NCBI RefSeq assembly: GCF_000002075.1
Contig: NW_004797452.1
Location: 969,726-1,033,725, forward strand
DNA from: Aplysia californica
Lineage: Eukaryota
Direction of reading: 5' to 3'
DNA: 64,000 nucleotides
The position numbers and the translations under genes were made by a program. Every line of letters begins with the position of its first letter. Within the stretch, counting starts at the first letter, position 1. Below the pieces are notes generated by a model. The model saw nothing but the letters and a program-made list of their open reading frames with translations, ran no database searches and was not told the DNA's origin. Shown here in pieces: positions 1 to 12,950 of this stretch.

Positions 1-715
1 ACACACACACACACACACACACATACACACACACGCACACACACTTGATACACATATGTAGTATGCTTGCACTCGCAAATAGGCTCATAATTTTAATGAA
101 CAATTAAGATGGTATATTCCTTTACTATAAATCCAAAGCATAGATGTTTTACTTCTTAACGCTATTTTAATTTGAGAGAACAAATGATGATAGTTGTCCA
201 TAAAGATGGAATTCATTTCCCTAGTGCATACGAGTAATAATACTGTATAATTAATCGAAACAAGGGAATGTAGATGTTGAAATTTGGATGCTTCCGTATT
301 AATCGATTCAGTTTTATTTTATTTTGATGTTTTGTGTTTCCAACTCACGCTATCACACAGAAATTGATCATACTTTCTATGGTTGAATGATAGAATATGG
401 ACAGCTAGACAGATCCAAACAACTTTGGAATACACCTTATAATTTAATTTTAATGAGCTTCCTCAGGAAAAGTCTTTTTTCACTTTTATATATGTAGGAG
501 AAAAAATGGACATGCCAATCGAGTTTGTAGTCTCGCTAGAGAATAGAAAATGCTGAGTGCTCATATGACCTCATGCAGTTGGGAGCGCCGTAAAACCCTT
601 TACTATTTAAAAAAAAAAGAAAATGCTGTGAAAAGCTGGTTAAGAAATCTTGTCTTAATTCTGAATCAATCAATGCCATTTCCCCCCAACGTAAGTCCAC
701 TTGATCTCAGCGTCC

Positions 716-2085
716 TCACAGTAGTAGAGCCAGTCCTAGCAGACCCATGCTGAGGGCTAGGACGCGGGGCATGTACCCTGCTCGCCCCGCTCTGTTTCGT
801 GAAGCAAGAGCAAAGTCTGAGCCCATCATCTCTTGTTGAATATGACATGGGTTTGGAGGCTTCTCACACAGGCCGCAGGAGCCAGGACACATGACCCTTA
901 TGTAGTGCTTGAAGCCCGGGTCGATGCACAAACCTGCGCTCGCTGCTAGCGGGCAGCTTTTTTCGTGATCCATACACATGCCTTCCCCCTTGCCGCAGAA
1001 CTTGCAGGTCTTGGCACAGTAGTCCATCATTAACTCCATACTAGACATACATTTTCCTTCCTCCTTTAAATATGCGCAGTCTTGACGGAGGTCGAAACAT
1101 GGTTTACTCACAGTAGGTGGTGGTTTAGATGGAATGACAGGCCTGGGAGAGGGCGGCACTTTCGTTCTTTCGGAACACAGTACAAGCGGATCCTTGAGGT
1201 CACCTGAGTCACACCAGCACTGGCATTTCATTTTTCCTTTGAGTGACAATGAGAGCTTAAAACCACCCTTCGGACACTGGTCAGGATCCTTACAGAACAT
1301 CTTAGAACAGTTATACATCTTGTTTGCTAGAGCGATGTCCTGAAAACTGAGCCCTTCTCTCTGACCAATGCGGTCTTGGAATTTCGGATCCAGTGTGAGA
1401 ATAGACCCCGGGATAACGTTACCGTAATGCATCAGGCTCGTATAGTCGTAAGGCGTACCATGGGTTTCAATGTAGTTCGTGCTGTACTTCTTGAAGTCAG
1501 GCTTGAAGCGGTCTTTAATCACATCAAAATTAACATGTATAAACTCATCACGGTCAGGCCGCATGTGTTCATGGAAAAAGCCAATGGCATGCCCAATCTC
1601 GTGTGCTATAATTCCTTTTGTACGACAACCTCGTGCCAACAACAAAGGCTGCGGTTTCTTCTGCATGCCAATTTTTGACTTGCAGCCGTCGCCGTCTTTA
1701 AACTGTATACGATGTGTGATGCTGGTGTTCATCTTAAACACAAGACAAGTATACTTCTCCCACTCGTCCATTGCTTCTCGGATAATCCGCTCTGTGCCCG
1801 CGTCTAAACTCGGATCGATCTCGTAATAAACAACGCACTTCTTCCAACGGAGGAAAAGCCCTCGTGGGTGCATTGGTCTCGCTGCTTTCCGCTTGTTCAA
1901 TCGCCCGGTGCTGTCTGCCCCGCTCCCATGCAGCACGCGGTACTCTTCCAGGGAGAGCAGAACGTCATACTCCACGGTCAGCTCCACATCCCCCCCAGGC
2001 ATCAGATGGAAGAAGTTGAAAGTTGAAGGATGCGTTGCTGAATTGACGATTTGTTTATCTGACGTCATGGCTTCCCCACTTTTCT
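716..2085 (-). CDS. Astacin-family (M12A) zinc metalloprotease with EGF-like domain, Pro-rich linker, two ShKT domains and hydrophobic C-terminal (GPI-like) tail; 5' end lies in the N-gap
   Basis: HEIGHAIGFFHEHMRPDRD zinc motif; SLMHYG Met-turn; pro-region EYDVLL and basic site RLNKRK. ShKT-type Cys patterns CFDLRQDCAYLKEEGKCMSSMELMMDYCAKTCKFC and CMDHEKSCPLAASAGLCIDPGFKHYIRVMCPGSCGLC; ends VLALSMGLLGLALLL. The frame stays open upstream of Met 2068 (KSGEAM) into the gap 2086-2364. Candidate acceptor tttcag at 2379-2384 (minus). Confidence 0.93.
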
Positions 2086-5000
2086 NNNNNNNNNNNNNNN
2101 NNNNNNNNNNNNNNNNNNNNNNNNNNNNNNNNNNNNNNNNNNNNNNNNNNNNNNNNNNNNNNNNNNNNNNNNNNNNNNNNNNNNNNNNNNNNNNNNNNNN
2201 NNNNNNNNNNNNNNNNNNNNNNNNNNNNNNNNNNNNNNNNNNNNNNNNNNNNNNNNNNNNNNNNNNNNNNNNNNNNNNNNNNNNNNNNNNNNNNNNNNNN
2301 NNNNNNNNNNNNNNNNNNNNNNNNNNNNNNNNNNNNNNNNNNNNNNNNNNNNNNNNNNNNNNNNTATAAAGCGTGCAGCTGAAATAAGGTTATCTGCTAA
2401 GTGTGTCCAAAACATGTGTTTATTTCATTCTCAAAAATAATTTTGAGAAATTTTGTCGGTTCTGATAGGTAAAAATGAAACCATGGCCACTCCTTTAACG
2501 AACTCAATTGAACTAAATAATACAGCTTTCAGCTATGAATAGCCAGGTAGAAACGTGCCAAATACATTCTAAATTTCCAATTTTAAAAAATGATGAATTT
2601 ATGGCGTATGATCAATAGCACGGACTGACAGGCATGGGGGGCTTTTATTGAATAGCTTGTCCTAAGGTAGAGGTGTCAAGCTCAATCGCCCGGGGGGTTG
2701 GGGGGGGGGGGTGTAAATTCAAATAATTTCAATGCACCTAAAGCTGTGGGCTAAATTGGCTAAATCATCATTGAGCAGTGAAAAATTAAACCTTTTCAAA
2801 CGTATGACATGAATTTCCACCAAAAAAAGTATAAATGATAACAAATTAAGGTATGTCAGTCTTATTTGCTATGCCAATTGGTCAGAGCTGGTTGTTTGGT
2901 ATCTTTTCTTGGCAACTAACTCGTTGATGCCGGAGTAAGGTTCCATGTAAGGGAAATTCTCGGGATGGACAGCCTAAAGTTCCCTCGCAGGCCAGATAAA
3001 TTGTTTAACTGAACGGAAGTGGCTCTCAGCTCTTGAGTTTGACACTTGTGTCTTAGGGCTTTGCACACAACGATGGCCCTCACACTGTGTGACGCTTTCT
3101 AATTAAAGCTAATTAAAGGGGATTTCATCCAAGGGTCCTAAATGGTAATTGACTTTGAGATCCAACAGGGTTTTTAGTTGGGATATGCCTGGTGGGGGGG
3201 GGGGGTCAGTAGAGGAGGGGTGTCTGAGTTGAGCCTGCGGCTCTTACTGCACGTTTACACCCAATGTATTTTAATGTCAAAGACGTTTCTCCTTCTAGGG
3301 TAATTAGAGGGGTCAAATGAAGTAAAAATACTTTTTATTTCTAGGGTTGGACTCAAAAAGGAGGTATGAAAACAGGAAAAAATATGAACAAGAGGATTAT
3401 TACTCAGAAATAATGTGCCGGATGTAGAAACGTCCCACACTCTGCATGATGTTACGTGGACGAAGAGTCCAAGTTTACTTATTCAGTCACACTCGGATAT
3501 AACAAGACTAGGGACCGGCACTTTTTCCCTGTTATAAGCGAGTCCTGTTATAAACGTTATCAATGGAAACTACCTGTACAATTGTACCATCAGCCTACTA
3601 TATATTATATTTGATTACCGCAGATCCTTTTCCTGTGGGCTGTTTTGCTGACACTGAGACGGAATCGATCAGTGACCCCAACACTGTGGGGGGGGGGTAT
3701 ATGTTTGAAAGTTTGTGATTAGGCAAGCGGTCATACAAACAGGTGAAATATCTTGGTTGAGACAANNNNNNNNNNNNNNNNNNNNNNNNNNNNNNNNNNN
3801 NNNNNNNNNNNNNNNNNNNNNNNNNNNNNNNNNNNNNNNNNNNNNNNNNNNNNNNNNNNNNNNNNNNNNNNNNNNNNNNNNNNNNNNNNNNNNNNNNNNN
3901 NNNNNNNNNNNNNNNNNNNNNNNNNNNNNNNNNNNNNNNNNNNNNNNNNNNNNNNNNNNNNNNNNNNNNNNNNNNNNNNNNNNNNNNNNNNNNNNNNNNN
4001 NNNNNNNNNNNNNNNNNNNNNNNNNNNNNNNNNNNNNNNNNNNNNNNNNNNNNNNNNNNNNNNNNNNNNNNNNNNNNNNNNNNNNNNNNNNNNNNNNNNN
4101 NNNNNNNNNNNNNNNNNNNNNNNNNNNNNNNNNNNNNNNNNNNNNNNNNNNNNNNNNNNNNNNNNNNNNNNNNNNNNNNNNNNNNNNNNNNNNNNNNNNN
4201 NNNNNNNNNNNNNNNNNNNNNNNNNNNNNNNNNNNNNNNNNNNNNNNNNNNNNNNNNNNNNNNNNNNNNNNNNNNNNNNNNNNNNNNNNNNNNNNNNNNN
4301 NNNNNNNNNNNNNNNNNNNNNNNNNNNNNNNNNNNNNNNNNNNNNNNNNNNNNNNNNNNNNNNNNNNNNNNNNNNNNNNNNNNNNNNNNNNNNNNNNNNN
4401 NNNNNNNNNNNNNNNNNNNNNNNNNNNNNNNNNNNNNNNNNNNNNNNNNNNNNNNNNNNNNNNNNNNNNNNNNNNNNNNNNNNNNNNNNNNNNNNNNNNN
4501 NNNNNNNNNNNNNNNNNNNNNNNNNNNNNNNNNNNNNNNNNNNNNNNNNNNNNNNNNNNNNNNNNNNNNNNNNNNNNNNNNNNNNNNNNNNNNNNNNNNN
4601 NNNNNNNNNNNNNNNNNNNNNNNNNNNNNNNNNNNNNNNNNNNNNNNNNNNNNNNNNNNNNNNNNNNNNNNNNNNNNNNNNNNNNNNNNNNNNNNNNNNN
4701 NNNNNNNNNNNNNNNNNNNNNNNNNNNNNNNNNNNNNNNNNNNNNNTAGATGTGCCGTCTTATTAATATTAATGTACCGCCAAACTCGCTACGAGTGTCG
4801 TCATCGCTTGGGTCCTCCCTAAGAGCGATTCATAGGTTAGGTTACACCGTTGAATATCCTATTATGTTTAGGTAAAGCGCGTGGACTTTGGCATGGCATA
4901 GTAGATGTTTTACGCGCTATCGACGCAGAAATGACAGTTATGGCGCCAGTGAGGCCCTTGTTTTGATATAATATTTGGCTAGTGTTTGTTTCTAGCTTCT

Positions 5001-5669
5001 TTTATTATATTATTGTGGGTGTTTTACGTTTTAGAACATTAACATATTTTGGGCGGCACTGCACGACCGTGCCCTATAGACGAACCGCGCCTGACTGTGA
5101 CTAATGGCAAACCAATGGCATCGCTTTTATTATACTGTATACCGTGGATTACTCACTTTTAATTTATCAGATATAGCTACTTTCTTTTCCAAGTGATATT
5201 TTATTTCTCCTCACCTCCCCCTTTTTAAGTATCTTTTGCTGTACTAGAAGTCACATTACATAATTTGTATCCTGCCGGTGCTAAGAGTCAAATGCCACAA
5301 TTGTACGCTGTACAGAACCGGTTAAAACGACCTTACATAATGTGTTCAAGTGTTTTAGACGTGGGACATTTGTCGCTGTTGCAGAGCTGAAGTTTTTTAA
5401 ACAATAAAGTAGGCGTCTTTTACACCTCCACCGACACCAGGCTTACGACCCTGCTTGTCTTCCCAGTAGAAAGACCGAAGTACTCTGTAAAAATGTTCTC
5501 TTAACTCTAGAATCGAACTCGGACTCGGGCCTCCTCCGTGCCACAGCGAAGCGCCTGGCCGCTACACCACAGACGCCGCTGAGTTTGCGAGTAAACATTC
5601 TAGGAAATGGACAGTACAGTTGTACATGTACCAATAAGGGGTAAACGTTAAGTATTGTTGTTTTTTTTA

Positions 5670-5872
5670 AAATAAATGTTTTGCGGCGCTCGCAACTGCA
5701 TAAGGTCAGATTATGGACGTGAGGGACACATTGAACATTTTCAGTTTGGAAGGAATTAATTTTGAATTCTGCCGGATGGCGGTCGAAGCATACTCCGTCG
5801 CTGTCAGGTTTCGAACCCGTGGCCTATTGAATGAGAGGCGAACAAGGTACGTCTAGACTACGAGAGCCCCCA
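5670..5872 (-). mobile_element. Internally deleted copy of the Nin-type SINE (head plus tail); tail-only fragments also at 557-620 and 19603-19660
   Basis: Minus-strand head ggggctctcgtagtctag...gggttcgaaacctgacagcgacgg joined to the tail ...atgcagttgcgagcgccgcaaaac. Confidence 0.75.
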
Positions 5873-8800
5873 AACGTTAAGTATACCCCCCCCCCTTATA
5901 TCATTGTCAACTTTGATGGTCACAGCCAGATGTTACTTGTTAAGCAAAGCACCAACGCTGGGGTGTCAAAGTTTATTTACAGTCGAACCTTATTATACCA
6001 TCCCCTGTTATGACGCCAGCCCCTCCTACCGTCAGGTTTTTGCCAATGTACGAAAAGGAACGCCAACATTAAACATAGTATTTTTTATGCCTTTTCATCG
6101 CCATCCACGTACTGTCTGAGTTGTACATTCCCTATTAAAGTAATGAAAACTAATGTAAACTTGCCCCACCGTACCCCCAGCGAATTGGCCTCCAAAGGTA
6201 CAATGAAACAAACGGTGCTCGACACTCACTCGGTGTCAGCTTGATAATCTCTTTCTCACACACGTCTCTGCGAGTTCGGCCTATTAATAGCATATTTTGC
6301 CGAATTGTGATGATTATGATAATGCTATTATTTAAAGGTATTGGCTAATATATATTTTTGAAAAAAGATGTAATGAAATTTTAAGTTCCCATGAGAAACT
6401 TCAAATTAATTAATATCTGGCGTCGCCAGATCCGTCCGATGACCAAAAGGCTGACAGGTACCCGCGAGGCTTTACTTATCGTGAGGGCTCACAATACATG
6501 TACCATGTGAAAGGTCTGACGAGGTCAAAGGACCTACGGAGAATCTGGTGAAAAGAAATTTAGGCATACGTCTTCAGGGTCCTTCACATATACAATAGCC
6601 TACCTTCCATGTTCTATTTGAATTTGTGTAAAGTTCAGATTGAGAGGTACATGTCATTGATTGCTACTCGTTTTCAGCTACTCATGGCAATCGCCCGAGG
6701 CAGACCTAGATGAGTCAGTACTAGCCACAATTTGTCTCCATTCTCTACCACTTATCAAGATGGAAATTGGCGCTATCCCATTATACCGTCACCGTCATGC
6801 TTGTTCCGAGGTAGGCGGAATGATGGAGTTTGTCTGTATTAAGAAGGAACGAAAGAACCAATTGATTTATCAATGAACGATGGCATAAAATTCATGAACA
6901 AATAGATCAATGAAACAATGTATTAATTGTACATAATCTAAACTAATGAGAATGAGAAAAAGATTTAAAAAACCCCAAATCAACTCACAAGAAAGGCGAA
7001 CGTAGCAAGTACACCATAAAAGCCGAATGCCCAGCGATGACGATTCATGATGGCCGTTGTGGCTTATCTTGAAGGTGTATTTGCACTAACGTCTATGATA
7101 AATAAATTAATAAACAAAATATGACCAAATAAATAAATAAATGAATTTTTAATAAAAAACACGATTAGAATCTAGTTAGGAGTTTTCACTTAAGTCTGGG
7201 CTTGTAAAGACGTCCCGCTTCTTGTGAACACTATGAACATTCACTTTTAATCCTTGAACCTTGTAGCTACCAAGTTTTGTAGTAATGAATGACAGCCAAA
7301 TAAGAGCATTTCAAATCCAAGAGTTGTCAAGAAAAGCTCTTAAAAAACCCAACTGAAATTCCTTTGAATGGAGACGCACTTCGCTAAGATCCGGGAGTGA
7401 CACAAGTGGTCTCTTCTATCTAGGTCGCTGATGATTCAGGCCCCGCCAGGACCCAACTCAGCCGGACTTTTGATTCTGCCTATCAGAGTCCATCCAATGC
7501 AGTTGCCTTTCACTGGCGTCTGGGTGCAAGGTTTATCCCTGTTTCACGCAGAAGATTTTAGTTCGACTCTTACGAGCAGCGTTATACGGGGGAAAAAGGG
7601 GTGGGGGTGCAAGTGTAGGTATTCGGTACCTATCACATCATTGCTATAATACTTAATTTTTATTTAATACATTTCTTAACACATTAGATTAATCACGATA
7701 TATAATATGATTAATGACACTGAAAGTATGCCGAAAAAAGGCCAACTAAATTAATACGTTAAGTTTTCATGAATGAAGAATTATAGGTATAACAATGATG
7801 TGATACTGTATAATTATTATCTACAATTACACTTCCCGGTATTTCCCCACCAACCCTGTTTTTCTGCCGGATGCTGTGTCTCATTCATCCTGTGTTGTCA
7901 CTGACCACAGTCTGCCTCCTGTACGGACTGAATACTGAATCATGTCAATTGGCTGGGTGCTTTACCATTTTCAATCAAGTCCCATTCTCGCTATTGTTCA
8001 TTGCCCATTGTTTCAGGAAGCAACATCCCTGCACTCTGGACATGTCCATTGTTGCTAAAAAGAGAGTCATCGCTAAAAGACAGTCATCGTGCATCCTGCC
8101 CCCTCCCCCCCCCCGCTTAGTTTGAATAGGAAAAGAAGAAAAACTTACAAGTAAAAAGAGGGAGAGTGGGGTGGAAGTTGGGGCGGGAAGGTTTTTTATT
8201 TTTGGTTTGTTTTAGTAAGAGTATCGTGGCATCTGCAACACAATAAGGTCATATAAATGCTGAAGATTTGCGATGTTAAAAGAGAATGAATGACAAACAC
8301 GAAAAAGGAAGCAGGATAGATAAGGGCGATAGAGGTTTGATAGGAAAGAAGGAGCAATACCACATCAGAGCTCCAGCCTATAACCCACGATGGGGCGGGA
8401 GTGGATAAAAAAATAGACTTATAACTGTTCATGACTTGGGGAAGCTACGGTGAAACATTACACAAAACATCTATGCGCAGATGTCCAATTGCAATTACCG
8501 TTGTTGTCCACCGTGTTTGTCTTCTTCATGTATTCCTTCTTCGTCATTCCAATCACTAGCCAAAATTTTCCGCCTTTAAAATGCTAATAAGCTTACTTGT
8601 GAATCATAAAGCCGTTTAACTCGTTTATCCCCTCCCCCCTCGCACCCCTCGTACACGGGCGCACGCTGAAAAAAAAGACATATGAGGAGTACAAAAGGTC
8701 AATGATAAACGTTCAACACCCCCNNNNNNNNNNNNNNNNNNNNNNNNNNNNNNNNNNNNNNNNNNNNNNNNNNNNNNNNNNNNNNNNNNNNNNNNNNNNN

Positions 8801-9502
8801 NNNNNNNNNNNNNNNNNNNNNNNNNNNNNNNNNNNNNNNNNNNNNNNNNNNNNNNNNNNNNNNNNNNNNNNNNNNNNNNNNNNNNNNNNNNNNNNNNNNN
8901 NNNNNNNNNNNNNNNNNNNNNNNNNNNNNNNNNNNNNNNNNNNNNNNNNNNNNNNNNNNNNNNNNNNNNNNNNNNNNNNNNNNNNNNNNNNNNNNNNNNN
9001 NNNNNNNNNNNNNNNNNNNNNNNNNNNNNNNNNNNNNNNNNNNNNNNNNNNNNNNNNNNNNNNNNNNNNNNNNNNNNNNNNNNNNNNNNNNNNNNNNNNN
9101 NNNNNNNNNNNNNNNNNNNNNNNNNNNNNNNNNNNNNNNNNNNNNNNNNNNNNNNNNNNNNNNNNNNNNNNNNNNNNNNNNNNNNNNNNNNNNNNNNNNN
9201 NNNNNNNNNNNNNNNNNNNNNNNNNNNNNNNNNNNNNNNNNNNNNNNNNNNNNNNNNNNNNNNNNNNNNNNNNNNNNNNNNNNNNNNNNNNNNNNNNNNN
9301 NNNNNNNNNNNNNNNNNNNNNNNNNNNNNNNNNNNNNNNNNNNNNNNNNNNNNNNNNNNNNNNNNNNNNNNNNNNNNNNNNNNNNNNNNNNNNNNNNNNN
9401 NNNNNNNNNNNNNNNNNNNNNNNNNNNNNNNNNNNNNNNNNNNNNNNNNNNNNNNNNNNNNNNNNNNNNNNNNNNNNNNNNNNNNNNNNNNNNNNNNNNN
9501 NN

Positions 9503-9611
9503 CAACAACAACAACAACAACAACAACAACATCTAAAATTATAATAATGACGATAATAAAAAAACAACAACAAAAATGCATAATTAAACGATATGATTAA
9601 AATATAATAAC

Positions 9612-9654
<43 letters not shown>

Positions 9655-9670
9655 CTGCAACAGCAACAGC
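9503..9670. repeat. (CAA)n microsatellite beside a gap
   Basis: Direct reading. Confidence 0.95.
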
Positions 9671-9801
9671 AATAATAATACTATAAATAATAAAACTCGT
9701 AATAATAATTATAATCGTGGGCATCAGTTCTCTTCAATTTATCATGTCGATTGATGGAAAGCTTGGTCGCTCGGTAGGACAATGCAAAGTATGCGACATT
9801 T

Positions 9802-10071
9802 GGTCGCTTTTAAGAACAAGTGGGCTAACCCGGCCATATTTTGGGGGTTACAAGAAATCTTGCCCTACGCCCAAAGTTGTCATTACCCTACCTATAGGAG
9901 AAGTTCTGGTTTCATTGGTGTGTATATTTGTTTGATTATAGAAAAACAAAACAAAACAACTCTCCTTGTCTTGTAAGTAAAGAAACTGAACAAGGGGCAA
10001 AATCTTTACCCTCGATTTTCTCAAAACACCTTTTTTACGGGATAAGCCCCTGCTTGTGCTTAAAAACGACC
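9802..10071. mobile_element. MITE with ~25-bp TIRs and 4-bp ATTT TSD (Sola-like by AWWT target)
   Basis: Left GGTCGCTTTTAAGAACAAGTGGGCT; right end reverse complement GGTCGTTTTTAAGCACAAGCAGGGGCT; ATTT at 9798-9801 and 10072-10075. Confidence 0.8.
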
Positions 10072-10295
10072 ATTTGTAGATGGACAAATTATATTCCAAG
10101 AAGCACCGTCGTCACGTCATGCGATAGCAGCCTGTTTGCTTACTCCTGGGGTTGGTTTGGGAGTGGGGAGAGGGATCTAAGCAGGTTGACCTCGGAAGGT
10201 AATCTGTAAAATTAATGTAATATGTTTTGGTGGTCTTGTTAATGAACCCATACATTAAATTTCTTGGGTATACGGCAAACATCGGCGCGGTCACC

Positions 10296-10790
10296 TGGAC
10301 GGTCAACCGTGATGTTTCTCTTGTAATTGACGGTCTATCATGATGCTTCTATTGTACTTGACGGTCTATCATGATGCTTCTATTGTACTTGGCGGTCTAT
10401 CATGATGCTTCTATTGTACTTGACGGTCTATCATGATGCTTCTATTGTACTTGACGGTCTATCATGATGCTTCTATTGTACTTGACGGTCTATCATGATG
10501 CTTCTATTGTACTTGACGGTCTATCATGATGCTTCTATTGTACTTGACGGTCTTTCGTGCTGTTTCTGATCGAACTTGGCGGTCTATTGTGATGTTTCTG
10601 ATCTAACTTGACGGTCTATCGTGGTGTTTCTATTGTACTTGACGGTCTATCGTGGTGTTTCTATTGTACTTGACGGTCTATCGTGGTGTTTCTATTGTAC
10701 TTGACGGTCTATCGTGGTGTTTCTATTGTACTTGACGGTCTATCGTGAAGTTCCTCTTGTACTTGTACTTGACGGTATATCGTGATATTC
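10296..10790. repeat. 31-bp minisatellite, about 15 copies
   Basis: Unit TTGACGGTCTATCATGATGCTTCTATTGTAC repeating at 10327, 10358 and so on; later units carry CGTGGTGT in place of CATGATGC. Confidence 0.95.
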
Positions 10791-11861
10791 CTTTTAAAAG
10801 ACGTAAAAATCGTCTTTAGTGCATGACATATTGGACTCACACAGAGTGGAGATCCCGGATACGCGAAGTACAGACGGTCAAGTACGCTCCCATTAGAGAC
10901 CTCAACCTGACCTTTACGCTGATTACTAGATTAGCGTCTTAACCGTTCCCCCAAATTGCTCGATTCTACGAAGGGCGTTCCCCTTTACAAAAGTACTGGT
11001 AATGGAAATGATATATTGTAGCATTGTGGTGCAATCAAGCGCTCGCCAAAACAAAGAAATCGAAAGAAACTACCCTTTTTTTTCTCTCGTTGGGCAATTT
11101 TTAACGACTTAAATTTTTTTATTTTTTTAGCTCAACACGTTTTATATCCATCAAATAGACATTTCTGTGAGTATTTTTTTAAAACTGAAAAACGTTGATT
11201 AAATGCACAAAAAATGCAACTAAGCCTAGATCTACTATTTTCCAAGGACACTCAAGCTTTTTGGAGTCATCAATCTTTGGCGGCAATTTTCTCTCTAGTT
11301 TTACCTCTGAGCGCAGGCTCTTTTTTTCGCCAGTGTTTTGACTTCTATTCAAGATCAATGTTATTTTGTTGTTGTAGTTTGTTTTTTCATTATCATTAGC
11401 AGTTAAATTAAATGAACAACCTTTAAGGTAATACCAATAGTCTATATTCCCCCAAAAACAACAACTGATGAGCGTCTGATTCAGTTGTGTCGTGACACAT
11501 AGTATAGGCTATTGCGTTTTTAGAAAGGCTGTCGGCTAAGTATGTGAGGACTACGTCATCTTCAGAGAGGACCCCAGCTTGACTTCCGACTTTGCTCCTT
11601 GTCAGGAGGGGCTGAAGAGCTTGCCGTCTGGTCTGAACAGATTGTTTGGTTATAGTTTTAGTAAGAGTTTTACATCACTTGCAACACAATTATTATTAAG
11701 TCCTATAAGTGCTGAAGATTAGAGATTTTACAAGAGAGTAACAAAAAACATAGAAAGGAGGAAAGATAACGACGGTAAATGTTTGGCAGGAAAGACGGAG
11801 CAACCCACACCAGAGCAACTGCCAATCCCTCACGAATAGATTAAGTACTTGTTGATATTAA

Positions 11862-11937
11862 CCATTTCACTGCCTGCCCCGCTACTGGCTGTCTAAGGGC
11901 CTGGTAGGATGGGGAAGCAGGCCTGGCAGTGAAAGGG
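11862..11937. mobile_element. 76-bp piggyBac-like MITE
   Basis: TTAA on both sides (11858-11861, 11938-11941); 13-bp TIR CCATTTCACTGCC / GGCAGTGAAAGGG with 1 mismatch. Confidence 0.7.
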
Positions 11938-11949
11938 TTAAAGTGCACT

Positions 11950-12560
11950 TTAGTAGCTTAGTAAGAGTTTTACGACGCTCGCAACTGCATTAGGTCACTT
12001 ATGAGCGCACGAAACTCAAGTTGGTTGCATACATAACAGCTTTACAATTCACAGCACATCTTGGCTTTGATCAATAATCAGATTAAATGGTTTAATATTT
12101 TCAGGTTAAAAATTTTGTTGTAAAAACAACAGCAATTTACATTCAATTCAAATAACAATATTTGCATTTTACTGGCCTTTATAAAATGTAGGATTCTATT
12201 GATATCAACGATGGAGAACAGATCTTTCAAATTTCTACTTTTCTAATACTTCTTTCAGGTCTCTCCTAAGTCCCAACATTCTGTTAGTACGTGTCTAATG
12301 ATAAAATCAATATCACGTCCGACACAAAAAGGTTTCTCATCTCCCTGCGGGAGGTATGTGTGTGTCAAGGAGGTATGTCCAATTCGTAATCGAGTAAATC
12401 TTCGTCTCTTCTGGAGAGGCCCGAAGGTTTCGTGTGTCTTGTTTGGGCATGATATTGTGGAATGTATTGTTTGGTTAGTTACTCCAATACATGTTTCTCC
12501 CACAGACTGGACGTGTAGTTTTTTACTTCATCTTTATAGACCGTATTTTAGGTGAATGAA
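11950..12560 (-). mobile_element. 3' end of I/Nimb-clade-like LINE (C-terminal CCHC region, 3'UTR and tail)
   Basis: FTRLRIGHTSLTHTYL...PFC...IIRHVLTEC; tail gtgcgctcataagtgacctaatgcagttgcgagcgtcgtaaaac at 11968-12011. Confidence 0.75.
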
Positions 12561-12950
12561 AGTCCACTCATGGAAAAAGTTTATGAGTCTTCTTTCATCT
12601 GTAAAGGTAAACTAAAGACCCCCAATGGAGAATTTACTTGACCTAGTACGCTGATCAAGGTTCTCTATTCTCCGTGATGTCAGGCGAGATTACAGTCTGG
12701 TAAAATTATCCACTGAGCCTTTCAAGTGATAAGATAATAGGCCTAATAACTAATATGTGCCAACTGCCCTGATTATCACATCTTAAACCCACGTCTGATA
12801 AACTGAAAAGAACAGACTCGTAAAAACATAATTTACATTTGCTAATCTGTACGCAAAGCTCTTAAAAGTTTGATCAGTTTTGATAATTAATTTTTAGAGT
12901 AGACTTGACACACACACAGCTCGAAATAATACGGCAGATTTATGTTGATA

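Noticed and set aside
1134-1826. Plus-strand ORFs antisense to the astacin CDS (likewise 40188-40472 and 61074-61349)
   Set aside because: Shadow ORFs of genuine coding sequence with no independent motifs
3098-3120. Tandem CTAATTAAAG homeodomain-like sites upstream of the astacin gene
   Set aside because: Short AT-rich motifs are expected by chance; no conservation data available
10296-10790. CRISPR-like regular ~30-bp periodicity
   Set aside because: Units are contiguous with no unique spacers, there are no cas genes, and the context is eukaryotic
11463-11500. CTGATGA hammerhead-core-like words here and at several other sites
   Set aside because: No correctly spaced GAAA or flanking stems seen; this one is part of a MITE terminus
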